Shown one piece after another: positions 11,201 through 19,614 of a DNA stretch of 64,000 nt (the first letter of the stretch is position 1; each line of letters starts with the position of its first letter). A model generated the notes under the pieces. That model saw nothing but the letters and a program-made list of their open reading frames with translations. It was not told where the DNA came from and made no database searches. This DNA is from an uncultured delta proteobacterium (GTDB taxonomy: Bacteria > Myxococcota_A > Polyangia > Polyangiales > Polyangiaceae), in contig CAVOKF010000007.1 in NCBI GenBank assembly GCA_963696385.1, positions 1,184,001-1,248,000 of the forward strand. The letters run 5' to 3'. A program made the translations under genes and the position numbers.

Positions 11201-11414
11201 CGCGCGGGCACGAGTGCGCTCGACGCGGGATCGTGCATGCATCGTTCGGATCGCGGCCTCGGTCGACCCCTACGCGTCGATCACGCCCGAGGCGCTGACG
11301 GGCGGGGCAAGCCCCGGTGCGCCGACCCGGCAAGCGACAGGGCCCCCGCCGGTGCAACTCAGCGTCTTTTCGGCGCGCACGCGCTTTGCTTTGAATTGTG
11401 TGGCACGGCGATAG
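8214..11414 (+). CDS. Large hypothetical lipoprotein, probably beta-propeller/BNR-like
   Basis: Long open frame; possible lipobox (SAAC) after GTG 8214; Asp-box-like TMDAGASW and SVDGGMTW. Start uncertain. Confidence 0.65.
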   Translation: MKHAARGPRVARGNSLTWSAAVLGGSAACTISLPVAFRPPSDVGDGENTSTLRGVQGADISAPTGGEGARLLPVSLQEARAWGAESDGGVRAIVSGLRIVVEPDGALTAASDRLPASPSSVAAIPERLGAGFLFAIGTQVWRSDTWLGRATPIFASIASGAPIGSILVGLDRAYLRYAPGSLVAVDPRNGESLDLGPLPASPHLGAVVALDAWRALVVADLRGALVTMDAGASWHPTTLPMPPTEIVAMDDAFGAWAPDERGHAQWWLVRSDGQSEGLPSRPPHTHFPLSRPVHPQEKSDASPRRMDDRNAMRAILGQRPLAAAIEDGWPLSDGTAMVARGGAVARVRLSDGAVLDTVMDAFPLSPARCHGISLSRPGARSAFGFVCGEPLGRTRIYGWNSSSGTLVELRRFDDARQVTACGNGALAVRGGCAGVAQAGTRADQAAWCVMGSDQRWQELRTGALDGGDRAELVALSDQRIIVIRSPIGGDLATATLTIIPAGPGSPETVPVRLPPLPAQVRDVLRFGTWMDGFEERRPGVLGGWVDAGDVVIGIEIDGTGTARVGEYLRDAGPPIVSGRWALGWTASRRGFESVDGGMTWSKALTLPDPIAEPDAERERGCGPIGCVAAGWMRIGWGTHDAPRPPAPPMFLAARSAPIAPADLRLRCEPLAPRPPIVASGPSPSALRVTATHLDPARSRTSQAAGVDTWGSVADFPSFSGLAGPALVGGDLGLTVEAFVGTRPLGRVYAWGPATGDWDSFGGWQVRWDWAWGGWQDARSSAAAPSPWPTLDSARRGLGIGSNMPIAWTLLPGDDPDHALLVSKHGPGSSIARLMVLESHRAPLPVQRDGSDSFPAVEGALRTDGRWFVVTAEDPSEGLAAALWTIEGDRARVWLRIPRLGFDARADLRLASRTDGRAVGLIAEGQPDLARAPSAWVVSVDLQTGQMAEPEALAALGASKHEVEVCAPDDPGWDFDVPYPGVIEIEVGDQWRSTLQAARARVRSTRDRACIVRIAASVDPYASITPEALTGGASPGAPTRQATGPPPVQLSVFSARTRFALNCVARR

Positions 11415-11552
11415 CTCGTCCGCTCCTCCGCCGCCCCCCCGCACCCGAGGCGACTCGTCGCCCGCACTCGCGATCGTGCACCCGAGCGGCCAGGTCTTTC
11501 AAAGTTGCACGGCCGCCAGCCGCTTTCCTCGTGTTTTCCGCGAAAAAGTCGG

Positions 11553-11568
11553 TGGCACGACCACTGCA
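11553..11568 (+). promoter_or_regulatory. Sigma54 (-24/-12) promoter
   Basis: TGGCACGACCACTGCA: GG-N10-GC, close match to consensus TGGCACG-N4-TTGCW. Confidence 0.75.
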
Positions 11569-11577
11569 CTCAACCCG

Positions 11578-11634
11578 AGTGCCCGTGTGGAGTGAGGCTG
11601 CCCCCCCGGCCCCTCTGCGCGGGCACTTTTTTTT
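11578..11634 (+). ncRNA. Candidate ~57-nt small RNA: single hairpin with C-only loop and intrinsic terminator
   Basis: 15-bp stem 11578-11592/11613-11627 (3 G-U pairs), inner stem GGCTG/CGGCC, CCCCCC loop, T8 at 11627-11634; begins at the predicted sigma54 +1. Confidence 0.65.
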
Positions 11635-11637
11635 GGT

Positions 11638-11994
11638 TCATCGAGCGGGCGACCCATCGGCCCCGATGATTTCGACGCCCGGGCCCGGATCCCACACGAC
11701 GACGTCGTCCCCTTCGACGAGGGCGGTCAATCGACGCTGATCGCCACATAGACCGCGCGGCCACAAGAGGCGCCCGGTGACCAAGTCGAACGCATAGGCG
11801 TGCATCGGACACAGGACGCAGGCTCCGCGTCGTTCGCCTTCGCTCAGACTCGCGCCCGCGTGATTGCAGGCGTCCTCGATGGCGTGGGGCGTATCGTCGA
11901 CGAGCGCGACGAGCGCGTGAAAGGGTGGATATTCGAGCCGCACCATGGCGCCGTTCGCGAGACGCGCCCGCGGCACGCGCCCGATCCATTTCAT
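11638..11994 (-). CDS. Rieske [2Fe-2S] ferredoxin
   Basis: CNHAG and CPMH motifs, FDLVTG. Confidence 0.9.
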   Translation of the reverse strand: MKWIGRVPRARLANGAMVRLEYPPFHALVALVDDTPHAIEDACNHAGASLSEGERRGACVLCPMHAYAFDLVTGRLLWPRGLCGDQRRLTALVEGDDVVVWDPGPGVEIIGADGSPAR

Positions 11995-11998
11995 GGGG

Positions 11999-12553
11999 TC
12001 ACCGCCCCACCGCGAGCGCTGCGTACACGACCGAGTCGTCGACTTGCCCCCCGGCTACGGCGAGCGTTTCGACCCGCGATCCATGGGCCCGTTCGCCCCG
12101 TGCAATCATGCAGGCGTGGCTCAACGCGATTCGGCACGCGGACCAGCGAGGCGACAAGTGCTTTTGAAGCGCGGCCACGACGCGTTCGCCGACCTGCTCC
12201 TGAAGCGACAGCCTTCGCGAGTAGGCTTCGACGAGGCGTCCGACCGTGCCCAGCCCGACCAGATGCTCGTCGGGAGCGAATGCGACGCACGCGGTGCCGG
12301 TGGCAGGCATGAGATGATGCGGGCAGGTCGTCGTGATCGGCAGATCACGGACGACGACCAGTTCAGAGCGCCCCGGGAAGACGCTGGCCGCTAGAAGGGC
12401 GTCGGTATCCACCGCATATCCCGTGAGAAGCTCGTCCGCAAACGCCGCCGCGACCCGATCGGATGTCCCGACCAGGTGAGGGTCGTGGGCCGGATCGCGT
12501 CCGAGTGCGCACAAGAATGCGTGAATCGCCCGAGCCGCCGCGTCACGGTCCAT
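11999..12553 (-). CDS. folE: GTP cyclohydrolase I
   Basis: TCPHHLMP, RRLSLQE, HACMIARG zinc-ligand motifs; start at ATG 12553. Confidence 0.88.
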   Translation of the reverse strand: MDRDAAARAIHAFLCALGRDPAHDPHLVGTSDRVAAAFADELLTGYAVDTDALLAASVFPGRSELVVVRDLPITTTCPHHLMPATGTACVAFAPDEHLVGLGTVGRLVEAYSRRLSLQEQVGERVVAALQKHLSPRWSACRIALSHACMIARGERAHGSRVETLAVAGGQVDDSVVYAALAVGR

Positions 12554-12561
12554 CGAAGGCA

Positions 12562-12610
12562 GCTTAGTACACCACCCCGGAGCAAGGGATCCGCCCGGGC
12601 GGTGGACTTG
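12562..12610 (+). repeat. Dispersed palindromic (REP/MITE-like) element, copy 1
   Basis: GCTTAGTACACCACCCCGGAGCAAGGGATCCGCCCGGGCGGTGGACTTG aligns with the reverse complement of 34917-34965. Confidence 0.75.
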
Positions 12611-12647
12611 CCCGATCCGCCACTCGCCGCCCTGGTGCGCCGACGCC

Positions 12648-13088
12648 TCAGTTGAGGTGCCGCTGGCGCACGGTCGCCTCAATCGGCCTTCGCCCCGCGA
12701 AGCCTTCGTCGAAGCCGTGGAAATGGGTCACGGCATCCTCCCCATACTTCCAGCACAACCAGACGAACCGACCGTCGACCTGTCCATAGAAATCGACGAG
12801 TCCACGTCGAGGGTCTTTGAGGACGACGCCCAGCTCCTCGACTTCACGCCATGCGGCGCGGTAGCTCTCGACCCGCTCGATCAGGTCCCGCTTCAGCTCG
12901 CGGACCGGTAACGGATCGGAGTCTTCGATCCGAACGGAGTCCGGCGCGGCGCCGATGCGCTGCGCGAGCCGTTCGAGTCCGCGCTCGATCTCGGACCGCC
13001 GATCCATTTGGGCTCCCACGAGCGCCTTGAGTCGCGGCAAAAGGGCGTTGGCCTCTTCAATCGTGAAGACGGGCGGGGAGTCGGGCAT
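12648..13088 (-). CDS. DUF2203 domain protein
   Basis: FTIEEANALLP, GLVDF, LCWKYGE, HGFDEGFAGRRPI. Confidence 0.9.
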   Translation of the reverse strand: MPDSPPVFTIEEANALLPRLKALVGAQMDRRSEIERGLERLAQRIGAAPDSVRIEDSDPLPVRELKRDLIERVESYRAAWREVEELGVVLKDPRRGLVDFYGQVDGRFVWLCWKYGEDAVTHFHGFDEGFAGRRPIEATVRQRHLN

Positions 13089-13153
13089 GACGGCGCCATG
13101 ATGGGACCTCGTGACTGGACCGTCAACGGGTGGCGCGCGGGGGCGATGCCAAA

Positions 13154-14011
13154 TCAGCCAGGAAGAAAACTTACGAAGATGCGGGTCATGAAATAGTCGG
13201 AGACCAAGATCGCGATGGATACGACCACGACGGTCCTCGTCGTGCTTTGTCCGACGCCTTCGGTCCCCCCCTGGGTCGTCAAACCGAAGTGACAACCCAC
13301 GATCGCGATGATGAATCCGAACACCGGTGTCTTGGCCAAGCCGGAGAAAAAATCGATCAAGTAGACGCTCTCGAGCGCGGTCTGCAGGAACAGTCGGGGG
13401 CGGATTCCGTACTCCACGTCGCCGACGAAGATGGCTCCGAGCGTTCCGAGGGTGTCGGCAAAAACGCTCAAAAATGGCATCACGATCATCGCCGCGAGAA
13501 TCCGGGGCAGCACGAGCTTCTTTGCAGGGTCGCCGCCCAGCGCTCGAATGGCATCGACTTGCTCGGTGACGTTCATGGCGCCGACCTCGGCCGCCATCCC
13601 ACTACCGATGCGCCCGCCGACGATCACTGCGGTCAGCGTCGGTCCGAGCTCGCGCAGAAATGCGAGCATGATGACCCGCGGGATGTAGTCGATTCCGCCG
13701 AAGCGTTGCAGCCCGTAAGCGAATTGGATGGTCATGACCATGCCGATGAAGATCGACGTCACGGCGACGATGCCGACCGATCGGACGCCGAGCGACTCGA
13801 TTTGGTACACGGTCGACCGAATCTCCAAGGGCCGGCGAAACAGGGCTCGAGCGGCCCCCCTCGTCAGCATGCCGATCTGGCCCATGCGCGACACGAAACT
13901 GATGATGCGCGACTGCCAGATTTCGATGAGCGCCGGCGGTGGCGGAGGCGGCGGGATCTTGGAAACGTGACCGGAGGCCGGGGGAATCGAAGGCGGAGCG
14001 TCGGTGGTCAC
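13154..14011 (-). CDS. mlaE: MlaE-family ABC transporter permease
   Basis: RELGPTLTA, GRIGSGMAAEVGAMNVTEQVDA, GGTEGVG. Confidence 0.93.
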   Translation of the reverse strand: MTTDAPPSIPPASGHVSKIPPPPPPPALIEIWQSRIISFVSRMGQIGMLTRGAARALFRRPLEIRSTVYQIESLGVRSVGIVAVTSIFIGMVMTIQFAYGLQRFGGIDYIPRVIMLAFLRELGPTLTAVIVGGRIGSGMAAEVGAMNVTEQVDAIRALGGDPAKKLVLPRILAAMIVMPFLSVFADTLGTLGAIFVGDVEYGIRPRLFLQTALESVYLIDFFSGLAKTPVFGFIIAIVGCHFGLTTQGGTEGVGQSTTRTVVVVSIAILVSDYFMTRIFVSFLPG

Positions 14012-14553
14012 GGATCCCCCGACGGCGGCACGTCGGCACCCTTGGCGGCGGACGACGACGCGGGCAAGGTATGCAGCCCGTTGACGAATCGTTCGAAATC
14101 CGCCTCTCCGGCCGGAAAAAACGCCGGGGGCGCGACGTAGACGACGTCGTAAACGCAGGTGTCCTTCTTCATGACGTAGATGTCGTACTGCATCGGGACG
14201 CCATCGAGTTTGGCGCGGAGCACGGTGCGCATGGCCTCGCGGCCGTCGAACGGCACGACTCTCTGACTTCCAAAGTCACGCTCGGTCGTGCCCATGATGA
14301 GGTTCTCAGTCAGTATGGAGAGCGGCGCGTCGTCGCGGCGTTCGCCACAGTGAACGTCGAAGAGGGTCGAACCGGCTCGCGCATCGTCGCGGAACGCAAG
14401 ATCGGCCCCTTCGACCGAAACGCGCGTCCACTCCCGAGGCACCGGGCCGACTCCCACACGCAGATCGCCCTTTCGAAGCACCCCATCTCGAAATGTGTCG
14501 GCGTGCGCGCAGCCGGCGAGCAGGGCCAAAACGATGGGCAGAAACCGGCGCAT
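14008..14553 (-). CDS. Hypothetical lipoprotein
   Basis: MRRFLPIVLALLAGC lipobox; overlaps the mlaE start by 4 nt. Confidence 0.75.
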   Translation of the reverse strand: MRRFLPIVLALLAGCAHADTFRDGVLRKGDLRVGVGPVPREWTRVSVEGADLAFRDDARAGSTLFDVHCGERRDDAPLSILTENLIMGTTERDFGSQRVVPFDGREAMRTVLRAKLDGVPMQYDIYVMKKDTCVYDVVYVAPPAFFPAGEADFERFVNGLHTLPASSSAAKGADVPPSGDP

Positions 14554-14621
14554 TCGCCCCGGATGGATATCACGCACGTGTCAAATCGCCCTGGTTCGGC
14601 TATGCACCGGCGCTGCCGACC

Positions 14622-16154
14622 ATGCCGCCAAGCGCCGTCCGCTTGTATAACACCATGACTCAGCGGCTCGAGCCGCTCACGCCGATCGAGCCGGGGCATG
14701 TGCGTCTGTACCTTTGCGGACCCACGACGTACGACCACGCTCACGCGGGACACGCGCGCACGTTCGTGGCCTTCGATGTCCTGGTCCGCTTTCTTCGCGC
14801 GCGCGGGTACCGGGTCACGTTCGTTCGCAACGTCACCGACGTCGACGACAAGATCCTCCAGCGGGCGCGCGAGAAGGGCGAACCCCCGCTCGAGTTCTCG
14901 CGGCGAATGGGTGAGATCAACGCCGACGAGCTGCGCTCCTGCGGGTGCTTGCAGCCCGACTTCGAGCCGCGCGTCAGCGAGAACATCGGCGTCATCATCC
15001 AGCTCATCGAAGACCTGGTGGCGAAAGGCGCCGCTTATGCCGCACCGACCGACGTGCGCCGGGACGTCTACTTCGCCGTCCGCGCGTTTCCTGGTTACGG
15101 CAAGCTGTCTCATCGCGTCATCGACGACCTGGTGTCCGGAGCGCGGGTCGAGCCCGGCGAGGCCAAGCGCGATCCGCTCGATTTCGCGCTATGGAAGGCG
15201 AGCGCTGGCGACGAATGGGGCTGGGACAGCCCGTGGGGCCGCGGACGTCCCGGCTGGCACATCGAATGCTCGGCCATGGCCGCTCAGATCCTGTCGCCTC
15301 ATTTCGACGTGCACTGCGGTGGAATGGACCTCATCTTCCCTCACCACGAAAACGAGATCGCCCAGAGCGAAGCCGCCTGGGGCGCGCCGTTTGCACGACT
15401 GTGGGTTCATTCGGGCTTCCTCAACGTCGACGCCGAGAAGATGAGCAAGTCCCTCGGAAACTTCGTGACCATCGCGCAGATCCTCGAACGCAACGACGCC
15501 GAGGCGCTGCGGTACTTCGTGCTCGGATCGCATTACCGCGGTCCGCTGAACTTCGATGTGGACAAGCGCGCCGATGGGCGCGTCGTCTTCCCCTTGCTCG
15601 ACGAGGCCGAGCGTCGAGTCGAGTATCTGTACTCGACTCGAGAGTCGCTGCGTGGGGCCGCATCGGCCGCTCAGCCGTCCGCAGTGGGAGACGATCCGCT
15701 CGCGCGCACCGTGCGCGAAGCCTCGGATCGCGTCATCGACTCGCTCGACAACGACTTGAACACGTCGGTCGCGCTCAGCGTGATCGGAGAGGTCGCGCGC
15801 ATCGGCAATGAGACCGCGCATCAGCTCGCCAAGCCGCGCAAAGGGTCCCCGCCGCGCCCGTTCCTCGAGAGCCTCGCCGCTGCTACGGTCGAGGCCCTCG
15901 ACGCGTGCTGCCGGCCGCTTGGACTGATGCAAGCGGCGCCAACGGAGTTCTTCGCCCGCACGCGGGAGCGGCGACTGAGGGTGCGCGGCCTCGATGCGGG
16001 ATGGATCGAGGCCAAGGTCGACGAACGGGCAACCGCTCGCGCCGCAAAGGACTTCGGGTGCTCCGACCGCATACGCGACGAGCTCGCTCGGGCGGGCGTG
16101 GAGCTTCAAGATGAGCTTGGCGGCGGGGGGACGACGTGGCGTGTCGTCATCTAA
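14622..16154 (+). CDS. cysS: Cysteine--tRNA ligase
   Basis: CGPTTYD, HAGH (HIGH variant), GRPGWHIECSAM, FPHHENE, KMSKS. Confidence 0.97.
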   Translation: MPPSAVRLYNTMTQRLEPLTPIEPGHVRLYLCGPTTYDHAHAGHARTFVAFDVLVRFLRARGYRVTFVRNVTDVDDKILQRAREKGEPPLEFSRRMGEINADELRSCGCLQPDFEPRVSENIGVIIQLIEDLVAKGAAYAAPTDVRRDVYFAVRAFPGYGKLSHRVIDDLVSGARVEPGEAKRDPLDFALWKASAGDEWGWDSPWGRGRPGWHIECSAMAAQILSPHFDVHCGGMDLIFPHHENEIAQSEAAWGAPFARLWVHSGFLNVDAEKMSKSLGNFVTIAQILERNDAEALRYFVLGSHYRGPLNFDVDKRADGRVVFPLLDEAERRVEYLYSTRESLRGAASAAQPSAVGDDPLARTVREASDRVIDSLDNDLNTSVALSVIGEVARIGNETAHQLAKPRKGSPPRPFLESLAAATVEALDACCRPLGLMQAAPTEFFARTRERRLRVRGLDAGWIEAKVDERATARAAKDFGCSDRIRDELARAGVELQDELGGGGTTWRVVI

Positions 16155-16206
16155 GTTTTGCAGGAGATTGGTAGTGCCGTCGGGTCCGAGGGCGATCGCG
16201 CAACCC

Positions 16207-16788
16207 ATGCGCCCATGGCTCCGCTCATCGCCGGCACTCATCCTGTGGGCCTGCCATCCCGGCGTTCCGTCCGAAAGCGGCAACGTGGCGGGGACTTGCC
16301 CCAACGCCTGGCTCGACCCACCGGCCGTAGAGCCGTCGATTGCCGTGCCGAGTGGCAACGGCCGCGTGGTCCTGCACGCGACGGCGAAGGGGTCGCAGAA
16401 CTACGCTTGCACTCCAGTCGCGGTCGACGGTGCCATGACCTATACCTGGTCCTTGCTCGGCCCTGAGGCCACGCTGAGCGATTGCCACTCCGAGGCGCTC
16501 GGCCACCACTTCGCGAGCGATGCGGGCACCCCCGAATGGCAGTGGCTCGACGGGGCAACCGTTCGGGCGCGAAAAATCGCGGCTTCGACCCCGGACAGCG
16601 GCTCCGTGCCGTGGCTCCTGTTGCGCGTCGACGGCCGCGGCGCAGGTGCGCCCTTCACAGACGCTCGCTACGTCCAACGGGTGCGCACGAGTGGGGGCCT
16701 CGCGCCGGCCGGGGGCTGCGACGCGAGCCATGCGGGAACGGTGCGGAAGGTTGCCTACTCGGCGGATTACTTCTTTTACGGGCCCTAG
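16207..16788 (+). CDS. DUF3455 domain protein, secreted or lipoprotein
   Basis: GSQNYAC, GPEATL, GHHF, VPWLLL, VQRVRTSGGLAP, YSADYFFY. Confidence 0.85.
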   Translation: MRPWLRSSPALILWACHPGVPSESGNVAGTCPNAWLDPPAVEPSIAVPSGNGRVVLHATAKGSQNYACTPVAVDGAMTYTWSLLGPEATLSDCHSEALGHHFASDAGTPEWQWLDGATVRARKIAASTPDSGSVPWLLLRVDGRGAGAPFTDARYVQRVRTSGGLAPAGGCDASHAGTVRKVAYSADYFFYGP

Positions 16789-18303
16789 TTCGTCGCCCAG
16801 GTTCCGGCACCGACGTCGAGCTTCCAGCTGACCTGGTAGGTCGGCATGGACATCAGCGTCCCGGTGAAAACCAGGGGCTGAAACACATAGGTGGTCAGAT
16901 AGTTGTGCTGGCCCGGATCGCCAGTGTTTTGGCCTTGCCAGTGATCGCCCCAGTACATGTAGACCGTTCCCTCGCTGCCTGCGATCGGCATGACCCATGT
17001 GGACTGGGTCATCCAGGTCAACTTGCCGGCGGGAGCGACATCTCCCTGGTAGGTCCAGGGACCGGTCATGGCCGGAGCCGTGGAATAGAAGTCGTCGTTG
17101 GCCTGCCACCCCGTCTTGGCGGATCCGATCCAGTAGTACGTGTTGCCGGCTCGGAACACGGTGGGGGCCTCGCTGCCGCCGGTCGTTCCGTTGACCGCGG
17201 GATATTGTTTGGCCGATAGCCAGCTGTGGCAGTCGCTGGCGAGGGTATAGACCCAGCCACTTTCGGTCACGACATAGGCATCATTGCCGTCCGTGAGGGC
17301 GCTCATGTCGCTGTGAGCGGCGATCGCCCCGCTCGCGTTCAGCAGGGACCCCTTGAACGAGTAGGTGCCGTTCACCGTCGGGGAGGTCGCGTAGACGACC
17401 TCCTTGTCGACCTCGTACGTCATGTCGGCGGAGTGCGCGTAGAGAACGAACTCCCCCGTACTCGGACACTGGATGATGTGGGGCCTCTCCCCTTTTCGAT
17501 TGGGCCCGAGCTGACCGCTCGGCTGCTGGGGCAGGATGATTCCCTCGTACTTCCAAGTCGCCAGGTCCGCGGACGAGTACATCGAGAAGCCGTTGAAGTC
17601 GTTGTTGGTCGCCGATTCCAGAAAATACTCGCCGTGCAAGTAATAGGTGTCACACACTTTGATGATGCCGCCGCCATGGGCGTCGACCAGGTTCCCGTCG
17701 GTGTCCTTGAAGGTGATGCCCGGCGGATTGGGTGGCGCGATGTCGGTCGTCGTGACGGGATCGGTGAAAACCCCAATCTCCGATCCGGGGGCGACCGTGC
17801 AGCTTCCCCCATCGCCACCGGTGCCGCCGGACGACCCGGTATCCCCCGCCGCGCCTGCTGCGTCGCCGGCGCTCCCCGCTTCGCCTGCGGCTGCCGCGTC
17901 GCCGCCGTCGCCACCGGGACCCGCGTCGATCGCGACGCTTCCCCCCGATGCGCCGCTGTCCTCTCCGGCGCCGCCTCCCGCTTCGACTCCGCCACCTCCC
18001 GCTTCGACTCCGCCGCCTCCCGCTTCGACTCCGCCGCCGCTCGACGCTCCGCTGGAGCCCCCGGCGCCACCGGCGGTGCTTGCGCTGCTGCCCGAGCCGA
18101 AGCTCCCATTCACGGAGGAGGAGGCTCCACTGGACGTCGTCGATGCCGCGGAAGTTCCGCTTGATGGGCCGGCCTGTTCCGAGCTGGCACCGCCGTCGTC
18201 CGCTGGAGCGAAGCCAGGCTGCGCGGTGTTGTTACCGCACGCAACGAACGCACCATAAGACATTGAAAATACACATAGAAGAGCGATTCTTTTGTCGGTT
18301 CAT
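16785..18303 (-). CDS. GH43 glycoside hydrolase lipoprotein (GH43_24-like exo-beta-1,3-galactanase); 1-nt indel in signal peptide
   Basis: AHGGGII, YSSADLATW, ERPHII, EAPTVF, TWMTQST; Ser/Gly linker. Removing one T from the T4 run at 18290-18293 gives MNRQRIALLCVFSMSYGAFVAC from ATG 18303. Confidence 0.85.
17969..18031. repeat. 21-bp tandem repeat x3 (GVEAGGG) in GH43 linker
   Basis: CGCCRCCTCCCGCTTCGACTC three times. Confidence 0.9.
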
Positions 18304-18497
18304 CGGTAGCTTCCCGAGGTCGATCCCATGGCGATGCCGGTGTCCGGCTCCATGATGGAACAGGGCCGGGGCTTCCGGCTCACCCAGCGGTGTGCGGGCA
18401 ACGTAGAACCGGATAGCACATTTCGCGTCGGCGGCCCTCGAAACGGGGAATGTTCCATTCTGGCTGTAGGTCGCGGGAAGCGGCGGCTCGTTTTCGA

Positions 18498-18514
18498 TTT
18501 ACGCACTATTTATG
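18498..18514 (+). promoter_or_regulatory. Putative KdpE-type box upstream of kdpE
   Basis: TTTACG-CACTA-TTTATG in an AT-rich patch; same 6-5-6 layout as the E. coli TTTATA-CTTTT-TTTACA site. Confidence 0.55.
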
Positions 18515-18585
18515 CATGGGCACACGCTATTTATTGAAATAGTACACCCGACCTTGCATGCCGAAGTCATCATCTGGCGACGACG

Positions 18586-19371
18586 ATGGAGGGCGAGGTC
18601 ACGATGAGCGAGGACACGACCGTAGGCCGCGCGAGCGAACCGCCGCCCCGAACGGCGGGGGCCCCGAGCACGCGGGCCATGATGCCCTTGATCCTGGTCG
18701 TCGAGGACGACGCTCGAATGCGCAAATACCTTCGCTCGACGCTCATCGACGAGCGCTTCCGGGTCGTGGACGCCGAAACCGGGTCGCAGGCGCTCGCCCA
18801 GGCGGGGGGTCACAATCCCGACTTCGTCGTCCTCGACTTTGGCCTTCCGGACCTGGACGCCGTGCAGGTAACGACCAAACTGCGCGAATGGTCGGCCGCG
18901 CCGATCCTGGTTCTTTCTGCGCATGACGACGAGCAAGACAAAATCGCCGCCCTCGATGCAGGCGCAAACGACTTCTTGACCAAACCGTTTGGGACGGGAG
19001 AGCTTCTTGCCCGCATCCGCGTCTGGCTGCGGCATAGCCAGCGGGCCGATGCGGATTCGCTCGAATCGGTGCTTGAGGTCGGAGACCTCCGAATCGATTT
19101 TGCGAAGCAGAGCGTGTCCGTTCGGGGCCAAGAAGTCCGGTTGACTCCGACGCAGTACAAGTTGTTCGGCGTCATGATACGAAACGCCGGCAGGGTGCTC
19201 ACGCACGAGCAGATCCTCTTTATGGTCTGGGGCTCCTCCTATGCCAAGGAGACGCAGTATCTGCGCGTATACATGGGCAAGCTCCGGCAAAAGTTCGAGG
19301 TCGATCCGGCGCGTCCAAAGTATTTCCTGACCGAGCCTGGCGTGGGGTACCGGCTGCGCGGCGAGGGTTGA
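18586..19371 (+). CDS. kdpE: KdpE-family response regulator (OmpR type)
   Basis: VVEDD, LDFGLPD, KIAALDAGANDFLTKPFG, YLRVYMGKLRQKFE, LTEPGVGYR. Start could be 18604 or 18679. Confidence 0.9.
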   Translation: MEGEVTMSEDTTVGRASEPPPRTAGAPSTRAMMPLILVVEDDARMRKYLRSTLIDERFRVVDAETGSQALAQAGGHNPDFVVLDFGLPDLDAVQVTTKLREWSAAPILVLSAHDDEQDKIAALDAGANDFLTKPFGTGELLARIRVWLRHSQRADADSLESVLEVGDLRIDFAKQSVSVRGQEVRLTPTQYKLFGVMIRNAGRVLTHEQILFMVWGSSYAKETQYLRVYMGKLRQKFEVDPARPKYFLTEPGVGYRLRGEG

Positions 19372-19473
19372 ACCGCGCGGGCGCCCGAGCGGCTCTCGAT
19401 TTTGACAGGACGGTCCAGTCGATCGCTTCACGTTCGCGATGCGCCAGCTCTGTTGGATTCGTGCGCACGGAGG

Positions 19474-19614
19474 GGCAGAACTACTGGACGGCGGACGTCG
19501 GGCATCCACAACGGATGCGCCTCGGCGAACGCCATGGCGCGGGCGGCAGAACTACTGGACGGCGGACGTCGAGCTCCGCAACGGATGCGCCTCGGCGAAC
19601 GCCATGGCGCGGGC
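19474..19614. repeat. ~70-bp tandem duplication of a gene 3' end
   Basis: GGCAGAACTACTGGACGGCGGACGTCG...CAACGGATGCGCCTCGGCGAACGCCATGGCGCGGGC twice. Confidence 0.9.

Noticed and set aside
14737..14752. HAGH instead of HIGH in CysRS as a sign of altered function
   Set aside because: All other motifs are intact and this position is known to vary.
19474..19614. Diversity-generating retroelement VR/TR pair
   Set aside because: Differences are not adenine-specific, include an indel, and no reverse transcriptase is in the window; the same applies to 54980-55133.
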